The position numbers were made by a program, and so were the translations under genes. From Octopus bimaculoides (taxonomy: Eukaryota), in contig NC_068983.1 of the NCBI RefSeq assembly GCF_001194135.2, positions 124,494,339 to 124,558,338 on the forward strand: 64,000 bases of DNA, in the 5' to 3' direction. Within the stretch, counting starts at the first letter, position 1. Every line of letters begins with the position of its first letter. This document shows, piece by piece, positions 1-11,394 of the stretch. The notes under the pieces are model-generated. The model saw only the letters and a list, made by a program, of their open reading frames with translations, was not told the DNA's origin and did not search any database.

Positions 1-737
1 TATACAAAAACTCATATATTTAGGTACACGTGTGCATATAGACATACATATACATACACTAACATATATAAATATGCGTATACATATATAAATATGCGTA
101 TAGATACGTACGTAAATATTAATTTTACTTTCACCTCCAATTTTCTTCTCCCTCTAAGCAGTTACGACCGTGAAAGCTGATTACGTTATTTTATCTAAAC
201 AGGAATGAATGTTTTCTACGTTCATATTTGAATGTTTTGCGTTTCTACAATATTTTTTACTTTTATTCATTCTCAAACTCGATGAGCATTTGACATCAAG
301 CCAACCATCACAAGAGATATCTAGCGAGACATCTTTATCAATGTACCCGAAGAGACCCAGACTGATAAGTCGAAACATATATTGTACCTAATAAAAGTCT
401 AATACGAAATTCACACACATACACATATGTTTATATATATGAAACCTTTACTGCATTGGATCTTGAGCCTATAGTTGACTCTGGAATACGTGCCGGAGTG
501 TGACTTAGCGCATACATCGGGATTGCATGCATAACTAGAGGGACACATTCGCATTTACTTTAATAAGTACGTGTGAGTCCGAACACATGTTAGTGCACAC
601 ACGAATTATCCTCAACTCTACCTTGGTGCCTTTTGTTTTTTAAATACCATACATACATACATACATGCATACACACACACATAATAATGATGATGATGAT
701 GATAATACTAATAAAAAAAATACTACTAATAATAATA

Positions 738-1631
738 TCAGAGGGGTTTATCATAGCAGCCCAAGATCAATGCCTACCTACAAAGAACTACCAGGCCAAT
801 ATATTAAAGAACGGCAGCTCCCCATTATGTCGTATATGCCAACAACAAAATGAGACCATCGATCATGTTGTCTCCATGTGCAGTCTGCTTGCGCCTACAG
901 AGTATCTCAACAGGCATGATAGAGCTGCACAATATATTCACTGGGTAATATGCAAAAACTTGGACTTGCCCAATGATAAAAACTGGTGGGAACACAAACC
1001 ACCCCCAGTACTTGAAAATGATCACATCGCACTCCTCTGGAACTTCACCATTCAAACTGACAGAAAGATAGATGCAAATAGGCCAGACATCATACTGAAA
1101 GACTTCAGACAACAATCATGCCTCCTCATTGATATGACTGTCCCAATCGATATAAACGTATCTGTCAAGACCGACCAAAAACTGAGCAAATATAAAGATC
1201 TTGAAATAGAACTTAGCAAAATGTGGAACCTGAAGACTAAAACAATACCTATTGTCATAGGTGCCCTGGGAATGACAGCCCAACGGGCTGATTACTACCT
1301 AGCTCAGGTACCAGGAAACCCCAAAATGGCTGAAGTTAAAAAGATAGTGCTCATGGGAACTGCCCATATCCTACGTAAAATACTGTCTATGTGATCTCAA
1401 ATTTTAAAACAAGCACATAATTTTTTTATGGTTTCTTAAACATTCTCTAGAACAACACTATGTACAAATCCAAATATATGGTACCCTAGGCATAACACCT
1501 ACATGAACTTCTAACTTGTTGTCTCTTGTCTGGGTGAGACTTGGATCCAACTTGTAAAAATGCAAAAGAAAAGTCAGACATAAAATAATAATAACAATAA
1601 TAATAACAATAATAATAACAATAATAATAAA
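738..1631 (+). mobile_element. 5'-truncated R4/Dong-clade non-LTR retrotransposon (C-terminal CCHC + restriction-like endonuclease, 3'UTR, (AAT)n tail)
   Basis: ORF 633-1394 contains AAQDQ, CRICQQQNETIDHVVSMC (CCHC), RHD, RPDIIL and LIDMTVP..K..KYKDL (RLE). There is an (AAT/AAC)n tail at ~1583-1631 and an AAT/GAT tract at the 5' junction (682-737). Confidence 0.9.
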
Positions 1632-2079
1632 AATGTGACAAAGAAAGAATGAAAACTCAATTATTTATATATGTATTGCTTAGGACAATCAGCAAGTCGT
1701 CATTATATTACTCAGAGTTTCAAATGCCGGAGCGAAGAGCTATGATGCATTCTCGTCGGCTATTAATGGCAATAGATGCTATGAAAAATCGTTGAATAAA
1801 AAGGGAAGTTACTCTAATAGGTACAAAAGAGCGATAAAATATAAAAAATACACGCAACTATATTCTCACAATACATAGACATAAAACCTCCTGCGTTCAT
1901 AACGGCTACATACGTACACACTCACACAAACATGTATATGTACATGCACATGCACACAGAAACATATATGTGCATGTATGTACTCATACATATCCACATA
2001 TCCACACACACACACGCGCACACATGTAGGTTAAACTAAAGCGTTTGACCCGAGCAAAAAAACAACTTGCTCTAAACGA

Positions 2080-2136
<57 letters not shown>

Positions 2137-3124
2137 NNNNNNNNNNNNNNNNNNNNNNNNNNNNNNNNNNNNNNNNNNNNNNNNNNNNNNNNNNNNNNNN
2201 NNNNNNNNNNNNNNNNNNNNNNNNNNNNNNNNNNNNNNNNNNNNNNNNNNNNNNNNNNNNNNNNNNNNNNNNNNNNNNNNNNNNNNNNNNNNNNNNNNNN
2301 NNNNNNNNNNNNNNNNNNNNNNNNNNNNNNNNNNNNNNNNNNNNNNNNNNNNNNNNNNNNNNNNNNNNNNNNNNNNNNNNNNNNNNNNNNNNNNNNNNNN
2401 NNNNNNNNNNNNNNNNNNNNNNNNNNNNNNNNNNNNNNNNNNNNNNNNNNNNNNNNNNNNNNNNNNNNNNNNNNNNNNNNNNNNNNNNNNNNNNNNNNNN
2501 NNNNNNNNNNNNNNNNNNNNNNNNNNNNNNNNNNNNNNNNNNNNNNNNNNNNNNNNNNNNNNNNNNNNNNNNNNNNNNNNNNNNNNNNNNNNNNNNNNNN
2601 NNNNNNNNNNNNNNNNNNNNNNNNNNNNNNNNNNNNNNNNNNNNNNNNNNNNNNNNNNNNNNNNNNNNNNNNNNNNNNNNNNNNNNNNNNNNNNNNNNNN
2701 NNNNNNNNNNNNNNNNNNNNNNNNNNNNNNNNNNNNNNNNNNNNNNNNNNNNNNNNNNNNNNNNNNNNNNNNNNNNNNNNNNNNNNNNNNNNNNNNNNNN
2801 NNNNNNNNNNNNNNNNNNNNNNNNNNNNNNNNNNNNNNNNNNNNNNNNNNNNNNNNNNNNNNNNNNNNNNNNNNNNNNNNNNNNNNNNNNNNNNNNNNNN
2901 NNNNNNNNNNNNNNNNNNNNNNNNNNNNNNNNNNNNNNNNNNNNNNNNNNNNNNNNNNNNNNNNNNNNNNNNNNNNNNNNNNNNNNNNNNNNNNNNNNNN
3001 NNNNNNNNNNNNNNNNNNNNNNNNNNNNNNNNNNNNNNNNNNNNNNNNNNNNNNNNNNNNNNNNNNNNNNNNNNNNNNNNNNNNNNNNNNNNNNNNNNNN
3101 NNNNNNNNNNNNNNNNNNNNNNNN
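2137..3124. other. Assembly gap (largest of 11 N runs)
   Basis: Other N runs: 15661-16030, 18502-18780, 29164-29404, 34262-~34532, 35231-35722, 38231-38840, 49478-49529, 50545-50989, 57019-57212, 58170-58474. Most abut (AT)n, (AC)n or (ATT)n. Confidence 0.99.
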
Positions 3125-4129
3125 ATATATATATATATATACACATACATATAATAAAATGGTGAAATTTGAATTCAAGGTAGAAGTTAAATAACATCTT
3201 CGTTCCATGATTGTTGTGATAGTTGGAAAGTGAAATTGCAAAATCTGCTTTAATACATTTTGAACATATATTTTGGAACATATTTATATAAATAATTAAA
3301 TATTGCTAGAAGTCTTGCAGAGAAAGCTTTCAATTTCATCGTTTGATATAGTATCCGCTTTATATAATATAAGATTACAAATATATTCATATTGAATAGA
3401 ATACAGACGTGCTGATATTGGAAATACACCAACTTTATAAGTATAATAGTTTAGTTCGAAATAATTCAATTATTTATTCATTATGGATTCAATATATTTT
3501 GCATGGTGATCAGGTTATTGCTTGAAACGGGATCGAATTAGTAATCCTCCTATAAAGAAGGGAAATCTTTAGATTTATAAACTAGATTTTGCTCAGTTTA
3601 ATAATGATCAGATATATCAGTTTGAGATTTCTGTTTGTAGCTAGACTGACTGAAATAGCCAAATGCACCATTTATAACGAGCTAAAAGAATATCAGTAAA
3701 CTATAGGTCACACCGTATACAAACACGCGCACGTAGTTTATAAAGTTAGAGACAGGTGTTCGCTATATAGAATACACTTTGAAGTGCTCAAGAGATTTTA
3801 ACTTGAGCCTGTAGGGGAGTAAATGTAATGACAAATAAGTTAGGCAAGTCGCTTTACACAGAGTATTAAATACATTTAATAGAAAAAAATGTACATGTAT
3901 ATAGAGATAAAATAGTCCGACTTACAGAATATAAATCATATCAGGAGTTCTGAGTGATGAAATCATTAGTTTTCTGTAGTAGAAGTTCCATGTATATATC
4001 CCTTGGTGGTATGTAGGTATATGTATATGTATGTATTTGTGAATGGATATGTATGTGTATATAATCAATGTGTACTATGCTATTCCTAAGTTTTCAGGTT
4101 CAAACACGCATATGCGTACACATGGGCCA

Positions 4130-4700
4130 CCATGGGGTTCATAGATTACATTTATCAGATTATCGTATAAGAAATGGTAATCTGACGTCCCAAAGTAACT
4201 TCTAAGATATTTCCAGTGAAAAAATGTCCTACATACTCAAGAATTCTAATCACCTCAGCAACATTTTAGATAACTTTATTTAGAATATATGCCAAACAGT
4301 CTCTAACTTTTCATTGAACGAGATCTTTAAGGAACATTCCATGTACTCTAACGACACATTAGCGTAGATTCAATGAGTAAAATCGAGGACAACAAACTCC
4401 TCTCAAAATATACAACAAAAGAAACACAAAGTGTAACATACAAATTAAATTGCGGTATAAGCCGTATAACCTACCATTTAACTGAGAAATAGGCCTACTA
4501 ATAACAAAATTGTTCTACCTGCACAAAGAGTATTTCTCACTCGAACACATAAGATATTCAATAGGAGTACTGTAAAAATATATTTCTCCGTTGTTAAACC
4601 TTCAAAAGTTTATAGCGTATTCCAATATCTCTAAACTCAACACTTCAAACACTCCATCTATGAAAAGCAACGACTGCAATTATACTAATCAGTTTCATTT
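4130..4700 (+). pseudogene. Decayed Penelope-like element, RT thumb/linker region
   Basis: Broken-frame motifs SNHLSNIL (~SNHPP), YKPYNLPF (~WYNPPF) and KIFNRSTVKIYFS at 4551-4589 (~KIFNRNTVKVSYS of PLEs). Confidence 0.6.
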
Positions 4701-4917
4701 CCCCACGAAGTATACCTATTCAATGAAAGACTATTCAGAATTACATCTGCCTCACATCTAATCGTTCAGAATTAGGTATAACCAGCAAATATAACCAGCA
4801 AAGGTTATCTTTCATCTCCAAATGAAATATTGTTCTATATTTAAGAGATGAGGAATTATTTACATTATTTACATTATTTACATTTGACGGATTTTTGTCC
4901 TCATCTTGTTTGTTGTT

Positions 4918-4963
4918 AACACAACGTTTCGGCTGATATACCCTCCAGCCTTCGTCAGGTGTC
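4918..4963 (-). ncRNA. Minimal type I hammerhead ribozyme (dimer type) in PLE pLTR
   Basis: Minus strand: GACAC CUGACGA A GGCUG-gaggguauau-CAGCC GAAA CG U U GUGUU. Stem I is 5 bp (one G.U), stem II is 5 bp, stem III is the palindrome ACGU and the triplet is GUU. Confidence 0.85.
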
Positions 4964-5095
4964 TTGGGGAAATTTTGAACCTGGGTTCTCATTCCTAACG
5001 ATGTTACTATTATTATATTATTATTATTATTATTAATACTATTATTAATCAGGTCGCTGCTGTGAATCGAACAATTATGGAGTGAATTTTAGGGC

Positions 5096-5563
5096 TTATA
5101 AATCTATTATTTTTCTATCCTTCCTCAATACCGGTTCCCATATGCTATTCATATCTGCACTCGGTCTGCTTAGGAGGTTGTTGTGTCCTAGCATATGTGC
5201 TGCTTCTTTTAGTTTTCGTATTTTCCAGTGTTGTTCCCTGTCTATTAATTTAGCTTCATCCCACAGGGGGAGGTGGTCTCCATTTTGCCATACATGATCA
5301 GCTATACCCGATTTATCAATATCTCCTCGTGTCACAGCTTTGCGATGTTCTTCTACCCTTATTTTGAGGGGGCGACATGTTTCGCCTTTGTATAGCCTAC
5401 CACAGCTGCATGGGATGGAGTACACGCAGTTTTTGGTCATATTCTCTTCTGTTGGTGGTTTTACCCGAAGGAGATATTTGCGAAGTGTTGTATTGCTCTT
5501 GAATACTGCCCTGATGTCATATGGGCCACATATCTTTTGTATCTTTTCGGAGAGGCCTTTCAC
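5096..5563 (-). CDS. GIY-YIG endonuclease domain of Penelope-like element (open, 5'-truncated)
   Basis: 155-aa open frame with VYSIPC-C-LYKGET, the R..EH helix and the C-terminal E..H..L motif. Confidence 0.8.
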   Translation of the reverse strand: MKGLSEKIQKICGPYDIRAVFKSNTTLRKYLLRVKPPTEENMTKNCVYSIPCSCGRLYKGETCRPLKIRVEEHRKAVTRGDIDKSGIADHVWQNGDHLPLWDEAKLIDREQHWKIRKLKEAAHMLGHNNLLSRPSADMNSIWEPVLRKDRKIIDL

Positions 5564-5589
5564 ATAAGTCTACCCTATGTGAAAGGCCA

Positions 5590-6803
5590 AATAACTCCAT
5601 CAGTCTTTCCTTTCTCTCTTCCTCCAATAAAACCGCTCTTCAGTTTGACTCGTATTAGATTTTTCATATTTGCTAGTTTTTTTCTATCTCTACATTCTAA
5701 CTGTATCTTAAATTTGTTCTATTTCGTCCAGCAATTTGTCCTGTTTGTGCTACATATTCCTCTCTCCTCCTCACTCTCTCCCTCCACTCATCAAACTTCT
5801 TCTCTCTCGCTCTTTGCTCTTCTGTTTTCTTCTTCCTGCTTGCCGTTGGCTCTGGTTCCTGCGTTCGAATCTCCATATTTTCTTTTTCCACAGTATCTTG
5901 TTGCTTTGTCTCCATTTTTCTTTTCTTGGGACTCTTTGGCGGAGACTTAACTCTCGTTCTTTTCCTGTCTGTCGCAGCCTCCTCTTCCTTTTCCTTCTCC
6001 GCTTCTATCACCACTACTTCTACTTCGTCCATCTGCCCTCGTTGTCTGGGGACACCCTGCTTGCATGTGTCCCCTTTCTCTGCAGTTATAGCATATTGGC
6101 AGTCTCCCCTCCACCACGACTCTCTGTCGGGTCTCATCGGGGAGCACCAACTCCTCCGCAATGTTGTGTGGATCTGATAGGGTTATACGGGTTAAAATTT
6201 CTAACCCAAAACCCCAGCAGTTGATCTCCTATGACTTCTCCACTTTCAGAATTTCCACCTCCTCCTTGCAATTAAAAATTACTGCTGCTACTAACCATTC
6301 TTCATCTATCTCGGGGGTATTCTTCCTATCCTTATCCTTGCTGCTTTTCTGCCGCAGTATACAGGCAAAAGTGCCCACTTATCTGTTCTCAGGGGTACAA
6401 TGGAGTACCTCTTCGCCTCTTCTTCACTCTTAAAATGCACCACCACTGTACCATATTTCTTGCCTCTCGCGTGAATTGTTGTTACGTTCTTAATTTCGTT
6501 TAGACATTCTTCCATTTCGCCCACTTCTGCTACCCCAATCCTCTTTGTAGCCACCTTTAATGTCTTATAAATAATTATTTTCTTTTGGGCTCTTTCTTCA
6601 GCTTCCTTTGGTGGAGTAAGCCGTAGGCAGTCTCCTTCCTTCTTAATAAATTCAAAGTGTTTCTTTAAATTTTTCTTTTCTATTTTTATCTCCTTCATTT
6701 GCATTGCGTCGGCGGATAGGCTTTTGCTCGCCGCCGCCGCCGCGTAGCTAGTAGTCTGCATACCCAACACTGGGTATAAAAACAATTCTCGAATTTTCAA
6801 CAA
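5590..6803 (-). pseudogene. LINE ORF1p-like remnant (RRM-like regions + CCHC zinc knuckle), frameshifted
   Basis: TSYAAAAA, GTVVVHFKSEEEAK, RIRIGRIPP/EIDEEWL (frameshift ~6315), then CYNCRERGHMQAGCP and a charged low-complexity tail. This architecture is typical of L1/Tx1-type ORF1. Confidence 0.65.
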
Positions 6804-6946
6804 AAATTAATAACAGGCAAGAAGTTCAACAATTTTCAATAACAATTTGCAATAACAATTTTCAACAACAATTCAACTCACAGTAACTCCGCTCTTATTC
6901 ACAAACATAACTCCAACTCAAAAATTCTCTGCTCAACTACAAAACA

Positions 6947-7028
6947 CCGTCAATTACTCTCCTGATAGTTCATCGAGATCTCATTTATTGCAATCGGTTT
7001 ATCCACCTTCAGTCACGTAGGGGGTGCA
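6947..7028. repeat. Block A, direct-repeat copy of 9138-9218 (possible LTR R-region relic)
   Basis: ccgtcaat..atttattg(c/t)aatcggtttatccac(c/a)ttcagtcac is shared, with AATAAA on the minus strand. Confidence 0.7.
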
Positions 7029-7064
7029 TACTTTCCATCTCTCAGTCCATCCTCTCATCAACAA

Positions 7065-8948
7065 TTTCCTTCTTGAGACCCCCGAATTTCCTGTAGTATT
7101 CGTTTCCGTAGAGTGGCTGGTACTATCGCTCTTTGTGCATATATTAACACATTGTCACATAGTGAGAACAGGTTCGAATTCGAGTTGCGTTATGCATAAC
7201 TTAATAAACAGTTGGCTGCGCTTATCTAAAAGTAACTTATCATAACTGGTAATTCTCGTACAACATTACGTAAAACATTATTAATTTCTTTTTCTGTTCA
7301 CAACACTACACTCACGGTATTCTCAAATGGTTCAGTATGTTTTGGTAAACAATCAGTGTGTCCTAATTTCTTAGATGGTATAAACTCCATCTTAAAATCA
7401 TAATTTGGTAATGTAGTACCCTAGTGTTGCAACCTATTAGCAGAATGGATTGGGATTCCTTTCTTCGACCCATATATAGATAATAACAGACGATGGTCAG
7501 TCTATAGTCGAAAACCCCTACCGTGTAAGAATCTACGAAATCTTTTTGTGGCGAAAATAATCGCTAGAAACTCCTTTCTAATTTGGCTGTAATTTTTCTC
7601 TGCCGGTAGCAGAGACGTGAGGCATGGGCCACGCCCTTCATGTTACATCCTCGGATTTATGTAGAATTACTGCTCCGATACCGTACTCATTGGCGTCTGA
7701 ATCTAATAAATCCCAAATGCAGGATCCTAATGTGCTAAAGACAAATCTGACGTTAATATATTTTCAATACATCAGTTTTCGCATTTATAGTCTTACCGCG
7801 AAATGTAACTTTAAAGATAATTTCGCCTTTAAAAATTAGTTTAATTCCCAAGACTTCATCTGCAATCTTCAAGGTTTTCTGTAGTCTTGGTTTCCCGGTT
7901 GTTTTCCATGTGTTTTCATTAATTAATCTCACTACCCGTATCTAACTATAGTTTTACATTTGTATTATTAATTTTTACAGACACAAATTTTCTTTGAGAC
8001 TCGTTTGTATTTCTTTGTCGCCGCTTAACTGTTTACATGATTTTTTCTGTTGAACCGTTTTCTAGGTTTTGTTTTACAGTGTGATTTTTGATGACCTATC
8101 TTAGCACACTTGAAGCATTTCCGATTTTTATAAGGACACTCGAATCTGTAGTGTAATTCTCCACATCCAAAATACGGATTACTTTTCTATTTCTCATTTC
8201 TTACTTTCGGTCGCACCGATTGTATATGAGAGCAGTGTCTCATTATAATTTGTTCCATATCGGGCCTTACGTATATTATTCCCTGGCATTCCTCAGATAT
8301 TTCTTGTAGTGTTAGCTTCTGATTCTCCTCTAATTTAGTCAGAATTCGGTTACGAATTTCTGCATTATTCTTTACTGTTAAACATTGCACAAAAATGAAG
8401 CTTTTAAACATATCTGGTGTTAGTTCATTGATTTTAACTTTCTCTCATCCGTCTTTTACGATTTCAACGTATGTAATAAACTCATCGTCCTCGTTTTTTT
8501 TTTTGGTAATATTTATGCATTGCCAGCGCGTGTCCAATACAGAGCTCTTTTCGCTGAAAATCTTTGATAGAATATTCACCATTTCTTCAAAACATACTTC
8601 ACCCAGTTTCTTTATGTAATTTAAATATTTCTCATGCTCAGCTGATGCCAGCTTTCTCGACAAAAGTCGAATGTTTTTCTCGTCTTGCCAGTCGCAACAT
8701 TCTTCTCTAGAAATTTCCTCATACGTTCTAAAGTAAGCAGAGAAGGTAGTACTCTTCTCTGAGTCATATGCGAACTCTCTGATCAAGTTTGCCACAGTGT
8801 CAGGGGTGAACGAACTAGATATATTTTCTGTTTACTTCTGTATGAAATGTACTAACAGTTGCTGTTGCTTCTGAAATTCCAACAACTGCTGTTGTTGCTG
8901 GTGTTGTTTTTTCTGTAGTTCAATTACCGAAGCTAGTGAACCTTCCAT
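7065..8948 (-). mobile_element. Internally deleted Ty3/Gypsy (K02A2.6-like) element: gag + RNase H + start of integrase; no protease or RT recognised
   Basis: Gag: Q-rich N-terminus, FAYDSEKSTTFSAY, RLLSRKL..EHEKY, FKSFIFVQCL..DAEIR-like, and a CCHC at ~8060-8135. RNase H: DANEYGIGAVI, AEKNYSQI..FLAIIFA, TDH, GIPIHSANRLQ. Then VLRNVVRELPV, FSLCDNVLIYAQRAIVP and LRKRILQE. Confidence 0.88.
7203..7241. repeat. Block B, direct-repeat copy of 8988-9026
   Basis: aataaacagttgg(c/t)tgcgcttatctaaaa(g/c)taacttatc, 2 mismatches in 39 bp. Confidence 0.8.
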
Positions 8949-9300
8949 GTTTAAGAAGAAACGTCTGGTGTAAAATGGTATTACACAAATAAACAGTTGG
9001 TTGCGCTTATCTAAAACTAACTTATCGCAGAAATATATGTTAACAAAGAACGTACTCCGTACTACTCGAACGTAGGTGCGATACTCAGTATTCACTGTCC
9101 AGCTACCGATTGCTAAACCAACACGGTCGAACTAATTCCGTCAATGACACTGCTGACAGTTCACTGAGTTCTTATTTATTGTAATCGGTTTATCCACATT
9201 CAGTCACATGGGAGGTGTTCAGGATTCTCCCATAATACACATAAGCAAAATAACTAGTTCTAATATCTCAAGAAGAGATCAGAGTAGTAACTATACTAAC

Positions 9301-9814
9301 AAGTTAAGTCAGTCGCCACATCGAAGTGGCTGTTCCCTGCTACTACTAGTTTAACCCAAGGCAGATTCTCTACCAGATGGTTATCGGTGTATCTCTGCAC
9401 CCTTTATACACAATATATTGTTAGCAGCAGGAGCGAACCCCTACCACTCTCTAGCAGGTACAAGGATCACGAGACTGACTCAATTTCGAGCTATTTGGCT
9501 GATCCTCAGTTGCGAGCATCTCCCCGTCAGAGCGATGGCTAGAGTTCGTTTCCGGCCAGCAATGTATTGTAAATAAAGTAACCATCGGTCACTGATTTTT
9601 CAACAAGCAGCCCCTACCACCCTCTTGCATGAGATAAATAGCTCAAAACTGAGTCAGTCTCGTGATCTTGTTACCTGCTAGAGAGTGGTAGGGGTTCGCT
9701 CCACTTGCTCACAATATATTGTATATAAAGGGTGCAGAGGGGCACCGATAACCAGCTGGAGAATCTGCCTGGGGTTAAACAAGTAGTAACATGGAACATG
9801 GTGACTGACTTTAC

Positions 9815-9817
<3 letters not shown>
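9301..9817. repeat. Long inverted repeat: arms 9301-9496 and 9636-9817, 139-bp spacer
   Basis: The reverse complement of the right arm aligns to the left arm over ~180 bp, roughly 85% by eye, with one 12-nt indel near 9319-9330. Confidence 0.92.
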
Positions 9818-9904
<87 letters not shown>

Positions 9905-9930
9905 CACACATACACACACACACACACACA
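9818..9930. repeat. (CA)n microsatellite
   Basis: Direct reading. Confidence 0.98.
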
Positions 9931-10893
9931 TACATATATATATACATATATATCATCTCGTTATTTCTTTTGCCTCACCTACACCCGATCCAACACTACT
10001 GTCCCACTATTTTCGTCACAATTCTTAAATACGATCCAGAAATACTCACCTTTATCGCGTAGTATAACTTTTTACACAATGACTATATTTTCACCACTCT
10101 GTTTTTGTTAGATCAAGCACGCAATATATGCGGCTGGATGCCTGCATTAGATTTTTTTAACTCTCAAAAGCCTATATATATCATCGAATGTGTTTTTACT
10201 TTTCAGAAGTCCTCCTACATTAACTCCCTGTAGCTTATCTGTACATCTAAACCCCACTAATGCAATCTACCTATTTTACACTCCTTTTTATTTTCTACTT
10301 GTTCTTATATATCTCCTTAGTTCTAAAACATCCCCCATATCTTTTTGAACCTTATCTCCTCCTATATTTTATTTTCCTTATCTTAATATTTCCCATATCA
10401 CTACACATTTCTAGTTATCTCTTCTTATTTTCTGTCGTTTTTATTCTTTCATTCTTCTTCTACATTCTGCTCCCGTTTTCCTTCCGCCTTAGTGTTCGTC
10501 ATCTATCTATTTTATTCTTTCTTATTTCCGTAAACAACACTACTACTTGATTCACACTTACCCGTCGGACACTATCGACTTATTTGATCTGAAATTCCTC
10601 ACTGACCATCTTGCCTTTAAACTTAAATAGTGACTCTTGATCACTCAAGCACCTCCTTCTCTCCGCTACTTATTCACTCTCAATTTCAAAAAATATTCTG
10701 TAGGATGAATATATATGCATATATTCTTACAGAGTTTTGTATTAACATCATAAAATCTCTCTACTACTACTACCCTATCTCAATTTCTGGTTTTATTTTT
10801 CTCTTTTCACACTATTCTATCCAACTCAGTGGATATTTTCACCTGAAATATCCTCACTTATCTTACTTTCTCATCTTAACTCTTAATTTCCCC

Positions 10894-10985
10894 TTCTTCT
10901 TCTTCTTCTTCTTCTTCTTCTTCTTCTTCTTCTTCTTCTTCTTCTTCTTCTTCTTCTTCTTCTTCTTCTTCTTCTTCTTCTTCTT
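10894..10985. repeat. (CTT)n microsatellite
   Basis: About 30 perfect units. Confidence 0.98.
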
Positions 10986-11318
10986 CGTCTATATCTCTCC
11001 TCTCCTCCCATCCTCCTCTTCTTTTTCTTACCTCTTTATTTTTTAATTTCCTCTCCCATAAACTACTATCAAGCCATCCCCCGGCTACACAATTTCCCCA
11101 ATTTCTGCCCTGGCTTAAATGATTTCGAATTCAAACCTTTATCACTCACTTCTTAGTTCATTTTACACTTCTTAAAACTATACGATTTACTTTTATCATC
11201 ATATTTTTTATTTATATTTATACTTTATTTTCGCTTTTGATTTCCAATATCTCTCTCGTACAATTATAAGTATCATTTCATTTTCATGGCAACGCTGTAA
11301 GTACCTTCATAATCATTG

Positions 11319-11319
<1 letters not shown>

Positions 11320-11394
<75 letters not shown>

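Larger units (their letters stand above)
4741..5588 (-). mobile_element. 5'-truncated Penelope-like element: GIY-YIG endonuclease plus pLTR/3' region
   Basis: ORF 5096-5563 reads (Y)VKGLSEKIQKI..NCVYSIPCSCGRLYKGETCRPLKIRVEEH..SGIADHVW..KEAAH..LSR. The downstream non-coding region carries a hammerhead. Confidence 0.9.

Noticed and set aside
1705-1760. Minus-strand CCGACGA-GAAUGC..GCAUUU-GAAA-CUCUGAGUA
   Set aside because: U4 is replaced by C and there is no stem I; cannot be distinguished from chance.
1984-3281. Long ORFs spanning N runs (also at 15.6, 18.4, 29.1, 34.2, 35.2, 38.2, 50.4, 57.0 and 58.0 kb)
   Set aside because: They are open only because N codons and (AT)/(CA) repeats lack stops.
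5096-6803. Novel autonomous gag + GIY-YIG element
   Set aside because: The junction shows a PLE-type micro-inversion and ORF1 is frameshifted, so juxtaposition by insertion is simpler.
9671-10028. Poly-HT/CV/YI/LS/N/F ORFs throughout the window
   Set aside because: Translations of microsatellites.
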